Source: a virus
Taxonomy: Duplodnaviria; Caudoviricetes
Length of the DNA stretch: 28,885 nt
IMG/VR virus record: IMGVR_UViG_3300031603_000020
Location: 1 to 28,885 of that record
Direction: 5' to 3' (one strand)
Of this stretch, positions 17,245 through 27,639 are shown one piece after another. The notes under the pieces are model-generated. The model worked only from the letters and a program-made list of their open reading frames with translations. It did not search any database and was not told the DNA's origin. How positions within the stretch are numbered: position 1 is the stretch's first letter; each line of letters begins with the position of its first letter. Position numbers and translations under genes: made by a program.

Positions 17245-20073
17245 ATGGCAGATTTAGAAAGAACAGCAATAGGGAGTCCTTTTGCTCCCCTAGATACTAA
17301 ACAGAGGGCAGTACAGTCCGATAGAACTTACGGTGTTCTGTCTCAGTTATCTGCCTTAGCTCAAGGTACTTACAAGGTATATAAACAAGAACACCAGAAA
17401 GAGATGACCAAGAGAGCTAAGAATGACCTCGTTAATAACACGATTAACCCTGATCTACAAGAACAGGAGATCGCTTACGCTACAACAGTAGCTAAGGGTC
17501 AAGCTCTAACATCATTCCAAGATATGAAATTCAGGATGTCCTCAGGGGAATTCGATGATATGAACCCAGAGGACTTCCAGGAATTCGTTAATACAGAGCA
17601 TAAGAAGACTACTGACGGGTATCAATCTAGTAAGTACTACGAGAATGCTACGAGTACTTATAACGACTTCTGGTTCAATAATGAGTCTACTCTCACAGCA
17701 GGTCATGCTGGTAGATACAGATTAGTCCTGAAGGGTAAACAGCAGAATTCCTTGACGGACCAGTTAGTGAATATGGCTAAAGCTGGTACGTTCTTACCTG
17801 AAGATTCTATAGCAGAGATAACAGATCCTGATTACGCTTTACTTAGCCAGGAAGACCGGATGGATACAGCGTTAATAGCTGGTGGTATCATGGCGTCCTT
17901 GGGTAAATCTGAGTTACTCCAGGCTTTTAATGAGGAGTTCAATTTCGCTCAAGACCCTGCTAGATACAAGCAATACCAAGCTGCTATGAAAGTAGCAGAT
18001 AAGATCGAGCGTACCCAGAGTATAGACCAGAATATGAAACTCTATACAGACTTCGTTAAGAAGAGAGATGATGGTACGTTATCCCAAGCAGACTGGGAAA
18101 CAGTCAAGGGTAAACTTAAACCGAACGGGAAACCTGTAGTATCTGTCGAGAAGTTTGCTGAGGCTATAGCTAAGTCATACGGAAATAGAGTAGATGCTAT
18201 TCATATTAAGAACGGTGTAACTGGTATGCAGAATGGTTTAGATCTTACAGCTACGCATAATGGTAAAGAATTCGATGAAGTTGCTACAACTGTGTTCAAT
18301 GGTATTATGAAGAAACAGCAAGATCCTCTGGATACTATGGCTGAACTCGGGAGTATCATAGTAGCCCAGAAGCGACCAATCAAGGAAGTAACTAGTATGG
18401 CCCAGAAGTGGGGAACCTCGGTACTGTATGATGCTAACGAGATTAACCCTTTAGTACATCAAGGGTACACTCAGTTCTCTGCTATGCGGTCAACTATGAA
18501 GAACGATGCCTTGTTCTATAAACAATTAGGACCGGGAGCAGATCGGTTTAAGTACATAGACTCTACAGCTAAATTCACTATCGGTACTGAAGCAGAGAAA
18601 GCGGAAGCTGGTATTAAATCAGCTAGGATCATAGAAGATAACGTAGCTAAGGGGTTAATTAAGAAAGATAGATTCATAGAAGACTCTGAGATTAAGGTAC
18701 GAGATAAGGTGTTAACTAAAGCGTTAGAGGCTGATGATACTTGGTTCGGTTGGGATGCTAATGAGTTAGATGAGGCAGTAACTGAGGCAAGAGAGTACAT
18801 CAATCAGAAGTACTTCGAGAACGTTAATATGAAGCTGCATGAACCTGAAGCTGCTATGGAGTTAGCTATAGACCAGGTGATGTCTACCATGGAGTTAATT
18901 GATGGTTCCTTAGTGAACCTCCAAGGGGCAGACACCGGAGTTACTGACTACAGAACTTTCATTGATTCTTTCAAGGAGAGCGAAGTTATAGCAGAGGCGT
19001 TACCCGAAGACTGGGATAACTACAAGATTAAAGTTTCTGTAGCTGACGAGGCTTATATCATAGTAGATAAGAATAATGAAATCCAGCATACTATAGGGTT
19101 CTCAGAAGCTATATCCCTTCTGAACTCAGAAAAGCAAGGTATCTATGATAACGTAGATTATGAAGCTATATTCACCCCAGAGTACGCCCGAGATCCTGCT
19201 CAGCGTAGACGGCAGAGTTTGGAGTTAGATGAAAATGATAAGTTCTATAAAGACGTTATTAAACCTAAGATATTCACGAGCGTCTCTGATGCACCTAAAT
19301 GGTCTACTATGAACCCTCCTGATAGGATGCGTGAGCGAGTACAGTTCTATAAGGATTATAAGTCTGATACAGAAGCAGCCTTTAAGGTTGTTAATGACTT
19401 ACGTAATAAAGAGAGATTCACTATACCTGGATTTAAACTACAGCAGTCTCCTATCGGGGGGTACCCGGATACAGATACGAGTTCTTCATTAAGAGCTTTT
19501 GATCCTCCTGGGGTATTACCTAGAGGGGAGGCTCAGGTTGATTGGGATTTTATAGAGGCTAGAGAAGGTAAAGGTAAAACTACAGGTTATGTACCAATAA
19601 CTAAAGGTAAAACTATAGGTAAAAGTGGTGTTACTATAGGATCTGGGGTAGACTTAGGATCTAAGAATAGGAAATACTTTAAGGATGCTGGTTTAGATTC
19701 TACTATTATAGATAAACTGGAACCTTTCTTCGGTATGAAAGGTGCGGAGGCTAAGAAAGAAGCTAAGAAACTAAAGTTAACGAAGGCTGAGGCAACTAAA
19801 GTTACTACTGCCGTAAAGAAGATTGAACTAGATAATGTAACTAAAGCCTTCAATAAAGCATCTAAGACTAAGTTCAGTTCTTTACCTAAATCTTGGCAAA
19901 CAGTAATTACTTCTGTGGTCTTTCAATACGGTACAGCACAGATAAAGAAACAGACTTTTTGGAAACAGATAACAAAAGGCGACTTCGATGCTGCCTATAA
20001 GAATTTACGTAATTGGGGAGAGTATCCAACTAGACGTAATCTTGAGGCTGATTTGATTAATAAGGAGAAATAA
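17245..20073 (+). CDS. Internal virion protein (gp15-like) with a C-terminal pesticin-type muramidase domain
   Basis: 942 aa helical protein; from 19537 VDWDFIEAREG..GYVP..SGVTIGSGVDLG..SVVFQYG..YPTRRNLEADLI. Confidence 0.8.
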   Translation: MADLERTAIGSPFAPLDTKQRAVQSDRTYGVLSQLSALAQGTYKVYKQEHQKEMTKRAKNDLVNNTINPDLQEQEIAYATTVAKGQALTSFQDMKFRMSSGEFDDMNPEDFQEFVNTEHKKTTDGYQSSKYYENATSTYNDFWFNNESTLTAGHAGRYRLVLKGKQQNSLTDQLVNMAKAGTFLPEDSIAEITDPDYALLSQEDRMDTALIAGGIMASLGKSELLQAFNEEFNFAQDPARYKQYQAAMKVADKIERTQSIDQNMKLYTDFVKKRDDGTLSQADWETVKGKLKPNGKPVVSVEKFAEAIAKSYGNRVDAIHIKNGVTGMQNGLDLTATHNGKEFDEVATTVFNGIMKKQQDPLDTMAELGSIIVAQKRPIKEVTSMAQKWGTSVLYDANEINPLVHQGYTQFSAMRSTMKNDALFYKQLGPGADRFKYIDSTAKFTIGTEAEKAEAGIKSARIIEDNVAKGLIKKDRFIEDSEIKVRDKVLTKALEADDTWFGWDANELDEAVTEAREYINQKYFENVNMKLHEPEAAMELAIDQVMSTMELIDGSLVNLQGADTGVTDYRTFIDSFKESEVIAEALPEDWDNYKIKVSVADEAYIIVDKNNEIQHTIGFSEAISLLNSEKQGIYDNVDYEAIFTPEYARDPAQRRRQSLELDENDKFYKDVIKPKIFTSVSDAPKWSTMNPPDRMRERVQFYKDYKSDTEAAFKVVNDLRNKERFTIPGFKLQQSPIGGYPDTDTSSSLRAFDPPGVLPRGEAQVDWDFIEAREGKGKTTGYVPITKGKTIGKSGVTIGSGVDLGSKNRKYFKDAGLDSTIIDKLEPFFGMKGAEAKKEAKKLKLTKAEATKVTTAVKKIELDNVTKAFNKASKTKFSSLPKSWQTVITSVVFQYGTAQIKKQTFWKQITKGDFDAAYKNLRNWGEYPTRRNLEADLINKEK

Positions 20074-23000
20074 TGCTTAAAGAACTATATAGCAACCAGG
20101 GAGATCTACAAGCTATGAGTTCAGTTGTTCAAGAGGCTGGTTTAGTATCTTCACCTGAGGATACTAATCAGTACTCTTTAGATGAACTATACGCTAAGGG
20201 TGCAGCTAAGAGGGATGCTATGAATGCTTATAACGAGGAACTAGAGAATTATAACCCTAGTATCCTTAAAGCAGTATATGGATCTTTTAGGCATAATACA
20301 GCCTTTGGTGCTCTGACTGAACAAGCTGTAGAGAGAATGAACGATGAACCAGATGAAGACTTCGATATAGTTACCGCTATAGATTCAATCAGGGGTAACG
20401 GTTATGCGAAAGATGAGTTAGAAGTACTGAGTACAGCCAGGAACCAGGAGCACTTTGCTGCTATTACTGAAAGAGTTAATGATTACAAAGATCATAAGAT
20501 GAACCTCCAGGCCCTTGGTATGCCACTTGCTATGGCCTCTCAGTTCGCTGCTGAGGGTTTGAACCCTATTAATTATATCCCTTTTATAGGACAGGGTAGG
20601 GCTGCTGCTTTAACAGCTAAAATTGTACTAGCAGGTTCTGCTATACAAGCCTCCGCTAATTTAGTAGAGGAAAAACTAATAAATTCTGTCTATAAAGACA
20701 GGAGTACCTCAGATTACATAGCGAGTTTCGCTATGGGAGCCGCCTTATCTGGTACTATTAACGCTGCTCGTTACGGTTGGAATAAGAAAACTATAACTGA
20801 TGCGAAGGTTAATGAAGTACAGACTAGGGCGTACGCTAACAGTATCTTGAAGGATAAAGCTGATGAAGGTATAGCGACGGCTAAGGATGGGCCTAAGGCT
20901 GATCGAGAGTACACTAATTCTAAAGACCTCAGAGATCCTGATGGAAAACTAGACCCTGTTATAGCAGAAGATATGACTGCTAAGGGTTACGATCCAGATA
21001 ACGAGATGGACGTTTGGGTGCATAAATACGAGACACATGGGTTAATCCCTAGAGTACAGAAGGTTCTACAAGAGAATCTGAAGTTAGCTGGATTCTCGCA
21101 GACGTTAGCAGGGAGTCAGAATAGGTACGTTCGTGCTATGAACCGGGTGCTATTTGAACACGGTGAAGGTGGTACAGGAGTACATAAGGAGCACACGGCT
21201 GCACTCGAGGCGCACATGCAGCATAACTTCGTGTACGCCCCGTACGCTAAGAAGTACGAAGAGTCTAAAGCTCTGTTCACTCAGATGTCTAAGGACTCTG
21301 GATTAACTATGAAAGACTTCAATACAGTAGCCTTTAAGTACATAGACGGTGGAGAGAACTGGAAAGATCCTAGAGTAACACCTGAGGTAGAGAAGGTACT
21401 CCAGGACTTCGCTGAGACGTACAATAAGGCTGTATCTGAGGTAATGAAGATAGCGCATGAAGCTGGTGTAGCTGAGTTCAAGAACTGGAAGCAGATAGAT
21501 AACTTCTTGTTCCGTCGGCATGACCCCTCGGCCCTGTACAAGATAGCACAAGAGATGGGAGATGATGGAGCAGGAATCAGAGCCTTGTACCGAGAAGCTA
21601 TTAACAAGGGTGGTCTTAGGCATTACTCTGATATAGTAATCCAGAGGAACGCTGATAAGTACGATGCTCTATTTGAACCTTGGAAGAAAACTAAGGATGC
21701 CCTCCAGAAGAAGATCGATGAACACAAGAGCACTATGGGGAAAGCAGAGGACTTAACTAAGAATACCAAAGCTGAAGCTCGATTAGATAAGGCTATAAAG
21801 AAACTAGAAGATCATACTAAGAAGGAACCGAAGGCTATTGAATACGATCCTAAGATGCTAGATAAGGATATAATCAAGATGTCCGAGGCGTTATATAACA
21901 GGATGATCAATAGAGCTACGTCTACCTCTGCTGATGCTAATTTACTGAGTTCAGCTAATCAATCATTACTAATAGATGGGTTAGAGGATCTAGGTATGGA
22001 AGCAGCGAGTATGCGTCATATTAAATCTATCTTAGATACAGCAGGTAGAGACGTTAAAGCTGATCCATCCTTAGATAGAATCCAGATGGATATGACGGCT
22101 ACTATAGATATAAACGGGCGTACCCTGAGTATGACTGATCTGTTAGATACAGATCTATCTCAAGGATTCAGTTCCGTAGGAAGATACTGGTTAGGTAGAG
22201 CAGCTATGGCCCGTAAGGGTGATCACTTAGCTTCTATGCCTGATATACAGAAGTCATTAGATCATAGTGCTAAGAAAGGGAAAGACGCTGGTGTACCTGA
22301 GGATATTAATACTAAAGAAAAGAAGATGATGCAGCAAGGTATCCGTCTTATTTTAGGTCAGACTGCTGAAGATTCTAATACAGTTTCTGCTAAGATAATG
22401 AGATTGATGCGTAAAGCTGTAGCCTCTAGTTCCTTAGGTAAACTCGGGATAGTACAAGCAGGAGAAACCGGGCGTATGATAGGGGCCGTTAATGCTGCCC
22501 AGAGAATACCCATGATCCGAGATCTTACCAAAGGGTTACTAACCGGGAATTACACAACGAAGTCCTTGAAGAACATAGAAGACTTCGTAGTAGGTGATAT
22601 AGGATTCAGGAAGTACATGAATCATCCAGACTTCAGGGCTGATGATTACGGTTCTAAAGCTAATAAAGTTGAGTTAGCGTTCGATAAACTCGGGTATTAC
22701 CTAAGTCAAGCCTCTGGGTGGCACATAATGCACACGATGCAGACTAAGAGTTTAATGAATACTCTTACGCAGAAGTGGTACAAAGAGGTCATGGATGGTA
22801 CGATGAAACCTACGCAGATGCGAGATCTCGGTGTAGACGATATACTCCTAGCTGACCTCCAGAGGAACATGAAAGCGCACGCTAAACAGACAGAAGGGTT
22901 AACCGGGAAGAAGACTCAGTGGGAAATGAATATAGAGAACTGGGACCCTAAGACCCGTAGAGCCTTCGGTATGATGCTCACAAGGAAATCTAATAACGCT

Positions 23001-23615
23001 GTCCAGGGTATAATGACAGGTGAAACCCCTATGTGGTTGAATACAGAAATAGGGAAGTTCTTAGGTCAGTTCAGAACGTTCTCTGTAGCTGCTCTCTCTA
23101 AGCAAACAACTAGAGATTACAAGATGCTCCGAGAGGGTGATATGGAAGGAGCTATAAGTATGTTCTATAATACTTGTACTTCAGTTATGGCTAATACCGC
23201 TAAGATCGGTTTCATAGCCGCTACGTTACCATCAGATAAACGCCAGGAGTACTTAGAGAAAGCTCTGAATCCAGTATCATTAGTGAACCAAACTATGTCT
23301 TACGTTGGTCCTTTGTCTCCTTTGATGGAAGCCGGGAATCTAACAGGAGATACTCTGTTCGGTGATAAATGGGGAGAGTACGCTGGAGGTAAGATCTATC
23401 GTGGTAAAGGATTATTCGGTATGGTCCCTGGTATTAGTTATGGAGAGAATGCTTACAAGGGAATAACTGGTATGGCTGCTAGTGCTCTAACTGATAAGGA
23501 GTTCACCCCCTCAGAATACAGAGCTATCTATAGCACTATACCCTTTAGTAATAACTACGCTTTTGACTTCATTAATAATTCGGTAATAACACCTACGTTA
23601 TTCCCAGATAAGTAA
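20073..23615 (+). CDS. Large internal virion protein (gp16-like)
   Basis: 1180 aa; synteny before the tail fibre; GETPMWLNTEIGKFLGQFRTFS motif near the C-terminus. Confidence 0.8.
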   Translation: MLKELYSNQGDLQAMSSVVQEAGLVSSPEDTNQYSLDELYAKGAAKRDAMNAYNEELENYNPSILKAVYGSFRHNTAFGALTEQAVERMNDEPDEDFDIVTAIDSIRGNGYAKDELEVLSTARNQEHFAAITERVNDYKDHKMNLQALGMPLAMASQFAAEGLNPINYIPFIGQGRAAALTAKIVLAGSAIQASANLVEEKLINSVYKDRSTSDYIASFAMGAALSGTINAARYGWNKKTITDAKVNEVQTRAYANSILKDKADEGIATAKDGPKADREYTNSKDLRDPDGKLDPVIAEDMTAKGYDPDNEMDVWVHKYETHGLIPRVQKVLQENLKLAGFSQTLAGSQNRYVRAMNRVLFEHGEGGTGVHKEHTAALEAHMQHNFVYAPYAKKYEESKALFTQMSKDSGLTMKDFNTVAFKYIDGGENWKDPRVTPEVEKVLQDFAETYNKAVSEVMKIAHEAGVAEFKNWKQIDNFLFRRHDPSALYKIAQEMGDDGAGIRALYREAINKGGLRHYSDIVIQRNADKYDALFEPWKKTKDALQKKIDEHKSTMGKAEDLTKNTKAEARLDKAIKKLEDHTKKEPKAIEYDPKMLDKDIIKMSEALYNRMINRATSTSADANLLSSANQSLLIDGLEDLGMEAASMRHIKSILDTAGRDVKADPSLDRIQMDMTATIDINGRTLSMTDLLDTDLSQGFSSVGRYWLGRAAMARKGDHLASMPDIQKSLDHSAKKGKDAGVPEDINTKEKKMMQQGIRLILGQTAEDSNTVSAKIMRLMRKAVASSSLGKLGIVQAGETGRMIGAVNAAQRIPMIRDLTKGLLTGNYTTKSLKNIEDFVVGDIGFRKYMNHPDFRADDYGSKANKVELAFDKLGYYLSQASGWHIMHTMQTKSLMNTLTQKWYKEVMDGTMKPTQMRDLGVDDILLADLQRNMKAHAKQTEGLTGKKTQWEMNIENWDPKTRRAFGMMLTRKSNNAVQGIMTGETPMWLNTEIGKFLGQFRTFSVAALSKQTTRDYKMLREGDMEGAISMFYNTCTSVMANTAKIGFIAATLPSDKRQEYLEKALNPVSLVNQTMSYVGPLSPLMEAGNLTGDTLFGDKWGEYAGGKIYRGKGLFGMVPGISYGENAYKGITGMAASALTDKEFTPSEYRAIYSTIPFSNNYAFDFINNSVITPTLFPDK

Positions 23616-23627
23616 ATAGGAGAAACT

Positions 23628-26486
23628 ATGCCTTATAGCTACAAAGAGGTAACAGGTGACGGTACAACTGCTGTGTACACCATAGCATTTTCTGGTCCGT
23701 CACCTGGGTACATATCAGAGGATCACATATTCGTGACCTACGATACAGTACTCCAAGATCAAGCGAACAGAGAGTTCATAACAGAGGAACAGGTTAAGTT
23801 ATTGAATGTACCCGTTTCAGGTACAACTATACGTATATACAGGAATTCTAGTATCAAGACTGCTCTAGTAGACTTCGAGGGAGGCTCAACGTTATCCGAG
23901 GCGAACCTCGATAAGAATACTACGCAGATGCTGATGTTAGCTCAGGAATCATACGACAAGGGTGGGACTAGTGCAGAAGACTTAGCTATAATAGCTGCTG
24001 CTGCTGCATTGTCAGCACAGAATGCAGCTATATCTGCTAATACAGCAGACCTTTATGCGAACGCTCCAGAGGACTCTGAGGTAGCACCTGGAAAGTACTC
24101 TGGTCTGCATTATCTAACGAAGTCTGAAGCTATCGCTGCGACTGTAGCATTGAATGCAGGAGATATGCTCGAGGCTGACTATGATGTTGACGGTGACGGT
24201 ACAGTCGACTCTGCGGATACCGCAGCGGCCCTCACGGGTACACAAGCTACCGCTATAGAAACTAATACAACTCATAAAGATGCTAATGGCAGTAGTCATT
24301 CTCATGTAGTGCTTAATTCTGCTCATGTTGCTATAGTAACAGGGGAGAATCCGCATAATACTCTACCGAACGTAACAGATGATGCACAACTTAAAGTATC
24401 CCAGTTAGAACAAACAGTATCTGATGATGCAGCTACAGTACCTTCAGGGGCCGCTGTAACAGCGTACGTAGTATCAGCCTCTGGTGCTGATATGCTCAAA
24501 TCAGTGTACGACACAGATGCCGATGGGACAGTAGATTCAGCAGATACCTCAGCGGCACTCACGGGTACACAGGCAGCAGAGATAGTTGTTAACTCAGCGC
24601 ACGCAGCGTTAGTTGCAGGTAACCCACATGCAGTAACAGCTACAGAAATCGGACTCGGGAATGTTACTAACTTCGAGCAACTTCCTGTCTCTTATTTAGA
24701 GACAACTATAACTGATAGTGACGTAAAGGTTCCGTCGAGTAAAGCCGTGACTACCGCTATAACTGCTGCTGCTGGCACAGAGAATGCTTACATAGCGAAC
24801 GTAAGAGACTACGGGGCTACTGGAGATTATAACTTCGCTACTAGTACAGGTACTGATGACACAGCAGCTATAGTTGCCGCCTTAGCTACCTTAGCTACTA
24901 CAGGGGGTGTACTATACTTCCCAGGAGGTAATTACTTAACGGATACAATTACTATAACTTCTGCAGGGGTTCTTGAATACAGTCCAAAAATATCTGTTAA
25001 AGGGGATGGTAAAGGTGTAACTTCTATTGTTACTAATGTAGGACAGAGTAATGGTATAGTTCTATCTGGTCCTGGTGGGGAATCTGGGGCAGAATCTAAA
25101 CAGTATTTAAGAGATTTCACTGTTACTAGGAGTGCTGGATATGATGCTTATACAGGAATTGGTATATATTGTAGTGATATGGCTTGGGTATCAATTGAGA
25201 ATGTTACTTCTATGTGGTTCCAGTACGGCTTCTATGGTATAGATTATTTATCCTCTTGGTTCTACGGATGCGAGTTCAGAGATAACCAGTTTGGTATGAG
25301 GGTAGAATACGGTTTATCAGGAGCATTTACGCACACTAATGCTGTTAATCTTAATAGCTGCATTATTGGTAGGAATTTAGACTACGGGGCTATATTTAAT
25401 GATGTTAATACCCTGAATATAACAGGTGGTAGTATAGAAGGCAATGGCATAACTCCTATAGGAGCTTCTGCCTTCGGTATCTTTATTGGTAACTCAGGTG
25501 TACAAGGTGCTGTAGGTGTGAATATGACAGGTACTCATATAGAGTCTAACTCTGGTACTGCTGATGTATGGATTAATAATACTAAGCAACAATCTGTGCA
25601 TACTTTCACAGGTGTTACCTTCGCTAGAGTCTTCGGCCCTGCTGATACTTATGGTCGTGTTAGTGTAACGAATAATGTATTAGTAGAATCCGCTACTACA
25701 GATTTAACAGCGAACTTCGTAGGTTGTGGGTTCTATGGTTTAGATACGTACGAGGCTAGTGCTTCGTATATGACTATAGCTAAAGCTGGTACAAGTACTG
25801 TTATTAATAACTATGGTTCTGACTTCAGTGATGCTATAAATACACCTGTGTTCGACAACGTAGCAGCATCCGGGGATGGTATAGCAGAAAGAGATGTGAG
25901 TAACTTGTACGACTCTGCTGGGGTTAATAAGGTAGTTGAGGTTATATCCTCATCTTCTGCTAAAGTTAATGGAGCATTAACTGTTACAGATGCCTTAACA
26001 ACTAATGCAGCATTAACAGCAGATGGTGTTCTTAATCCTGCTGGTGGAGTTTCACAAAGTACTAATGAATGGAACACTTTTAAAGGTTTAGTCTTAGCTA
26101 ATGGTGGATTATCAACTACTACTATAACAGCATCAAGTACAGTAACAGCCCCTGCGTTAACAATTAATGGAAATATAACTGTATCTGGTACAGTTGATGG
26201 TGTAGATCTATCTTCCCTAGGATCATTAACATCTACCCAGAAAGCCGACTTAACAGACGGTGGTAGTAGTACTCTGCATTATCATGCAGCAGATAGAGCT
26301 AGAGCAGTGCACACAGGTACACAGCTAGCTAGTACTATATCTAACTTCTCGGCTGCGGTTGGGGCGAACTCTGCTGTAGCTACTAGTACTGCCTTATTGA
26401 ATGGTGTAGGATTTCAAGCCTCAGGTACTACCTTATGGATATCTGCTGGTGGTATTTCTTATTATATCACGATGACACCAGCTTAA
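23628..26486 (+). CDS. Tail fibre/tailspike: T7 gp17-like N-terminal adaptor plus parallel beta-helix (pectate-lyase-3-like) domain
   Basis: GDGTTAVYTIAF..IRIYRNS..LVDFEGGSTLSEANLD..QE; NVRDYGATGD..DDTAAI..GGVLYFPGGNY followed by beta-helix-type repeats. Confidence 0.9.
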   Translation: MPYSYKEVTGDGTTAVYTIAFSGPSPGYISEDHIFVTYDTVLQDQANREFITEEQVKLLNVPVSGTTIRIYRNSSIKTALVDFEGGSTLSEANLDKNTTQMLMLAQESYDKGGTSAEDLAIIAAAAALSAQNAAISANTADLYANAPEDSEVAPGKYSGLHYLTKSEAIAATVALNAGDMLEADYDVDGDGTVDSADTAAALTGTQATAIETNTTHKDANGSSHSHVVLNSAHVAIVTGENPHNTLPNVTDDAQLKVSQLEQTVSDDAATVPSGAAVTAYVVSASGADMLKSVYDTDADGTVDSADTSAALTGTQAAEIVVNSAHAALVAGNPHAVTATEIGLGNVTNFEQLPVSYLETTITDSDVKVPSSKAVTTAITAAAGTENAYIANVRDYGATGDYNFATSTGTDDTAAIVAALATLATTGGVLYFPGGNYLTDTITITSAGVLEYSPKISVKGDGKGVTSIVTNVGQSNGIVLSGPGGESGAESKQYLRDFTVTRSAGYDAYTGIGIYCSDMAWVSIENVTSMWFQYGFYGIDYLSSWFYGCEFRDNQFGMRVEYGLSGAFTHTNAVNLNSCIIGRNLDYGAIFNDVNTLNITGGSIEGNGITPIGASAFGIFIGNSGVQGAVGVNMTGTHIESNSGTADVWINNTKQQSVHTFTGVTFARVFGPADTYGRVSVTNNVLVESATTDLTANFVGCGFYGLDTYEASASYMTIAKAGTSTVINNYGSDFSDAINTPVFDNVAASGDGIAERDVSNLYDSAGVNKVVEVISSSSAKVNGALTVTDALTTNAALTADGVLNPAGGVSQSTNEWNTFKGLVLANGGLSTTTITASSTVTAPALTINGNITVSGTVDGVDLSSLGSLTSTQKADLTDGGSSTLHYHAADRARAVHTGTQLASTISNFSAAVGANSAVATSTALLNGVGFQASGTTLWISAGGISYYITMTPA
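24162..24770 (+). repeat. Tandem ~100-aa module duplication in the tailspike stalk
   Basis: DMLEADYDVDGDGTVDSADTAAALTGTQA (24162) and DMLKSVYDTDADGTVDSADTSAALTGTQA (24489), each followed by NSAH..NPH..NVT..QL.VS.LE.T..VPS..AVT. End coordinate is approximate. Confidence 0.85.
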
Positions 26487-26495
26487 AGGAGATGT

Positions 26496-26660
26496 ATGCA
26501 AGATGTACTAGATGTACTAGAAACCTTTGGTCACTGTTGTATAACCGGGTTCGCCTACGTTATATCTCATTGGGAACCTGCTTGCGCCTTCGTATTAATG
26601 GGAATGCAGGGGGTTTACCTCTTCTATAAAATTAAACAGAAACGAAAGGAATGCCTATAA
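26496..26660 (+). CDS. Putative holin (54 aa, T7 gp17.5 position); not in the ORF track
   Basis: SD AAGGAG; MQDVLDVLETFGHCCITGFAYVISHWEPACAFVLMGMQGVYLFYKIKQKRKECL has hydrophobic segments and a basic C-tail; TAATG coupling to terS. Confidence 0.72.
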   Translation: MQDVLDVLETFGHCCITGFAYVISHWEPACAFVLMGMQGVYLFYKIKQKRKECL

Positions 26661-26947
26661 TGTCAACCGGAGCAGCCACCGAGGTAACACTCGGTGAACT
26701 CCATGCAGCGATTGCAAGGAGACTCAGAGAGCACGTAGAGGATATCGAGAGTGATCCGAGGTATCTCCAGATGGCTATTAAGTTCGTATCAGATAATAAG
26801 ATAACTTGCGTAATAGCTGAGAGGAACGATATAGGAGAACTCGATAAGAGCCTAGCTCGTAGGAAACAACGGAAGTTCGGGACTACTTCTGGCGAGAACA
26901 TAACAGATATAGCAACGCATATGGCTCAAGAAGCTATGAATGAATAA
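26660..26947 (+). CDS. terS: Terminase small subunit (DNA maturase A)
   Basis: AATEVTLGELHAAIARRL..PRYLQMAIKFVSDNKIT pattern; follows the holin. Confidence 0.8.
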   Translation: MSTGAATEVTLGELHAAIARRLREHVEDIESDPRYLQMAIKFVSDNKITCVIAERNDIGELDKSLARRKQRKFGTTSGENITDIATHMAQEAMNE

Positions 26948-26955
26948 GGAGAATT

Positions 26956-27639
26956 ATGAGTATAACATTAATACAGATTGAGCCTACGACTCCACTCGTG
27001 ACTACCCCCGAGGATACCCTCCAGGATATAGATACGAATTTCGAGGGTATCAAGACGGCTGTAGATCTGAATACATTGAAGGATGCGAATGTATCAACAG
27101 AGTTAAGCCTCGGTACTATCGGGGGTTCCACGGTTGCTATCAGTAGTGACGGTGGGGCGAATGACGTAACTATCCCTGCGGCTACTTCGAGTACAGCCGG
27201 GGTAGCGACTGGGGCGCAGATAACAGCTATCACAGCGAATACCGCTAAGGTATCCTATAGTACTGCTGCGTCAGATGCTGCTGCTCTGAATACATCAAAA
27301 CTTACCAATGCCACGCATACTGGAGAAGTAACAGGTTCAGGCGCTTTAACAATCACAGACAACATAATTGATGAGGCCAACCTGAAATTGGATGAGGCCC
27401 CAACGAATGACTTTGTATTGACTGCGGATTCTGCAAAAACAGGTGGAATGAAATGGGTAGCAGCTACGGGTGGTATGGCTGATATAGTAGAAGACACCAC
27501 ACCCCAACTTGGCGGTGATCTTGATCTTAATGGCTTCACGATATTAGATTTACCAGGTGTGAGTGATTTTGATGGCGGGGCTTCAACAACAGTGTACTCA
27601 AGCGCAGACATAATTCTTGAGAGTGGAGGATCAATCTAA
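26956..27639 (+). CDS. Putative virion fibre/adaptor protein (227 aa)
   Basis: Thr/Ala/Gly-rich; THTGEVTGS, VLTADS..GGMKW, DTTPQLGGDLDLNG and terminal DFDGG motifs typical of fibre proteins; SD AAGGAG. Confidence 0.65.
   Translation: MSITLIQIEPTTPLVTTPEDTLQDIDTNFEGIKTAVDLNTLKDANVSTELSLGTIGGSTVAISSDGGANDVTIPAATSSTAGVATGAQITAITANTAKVSYSTAASDAAALNTSKLTNATHTGEVTGSGALTITDNIIDEANLKLDEAPTNDFVLTADSAKTGGMKWVAATGGMADIVEDTTPQLGGDLDLNGFTILDLPGVSDFDGGASTTVYSSADIILESGGSI

Noticed and set aside
26435-26629. 64-aa plus-strand ORF from the track
   Set aside because: Overlaps the tailspike end; the alternative frame 26496..26660 has an SD, holin-like hydropathy and stop/start coupling.
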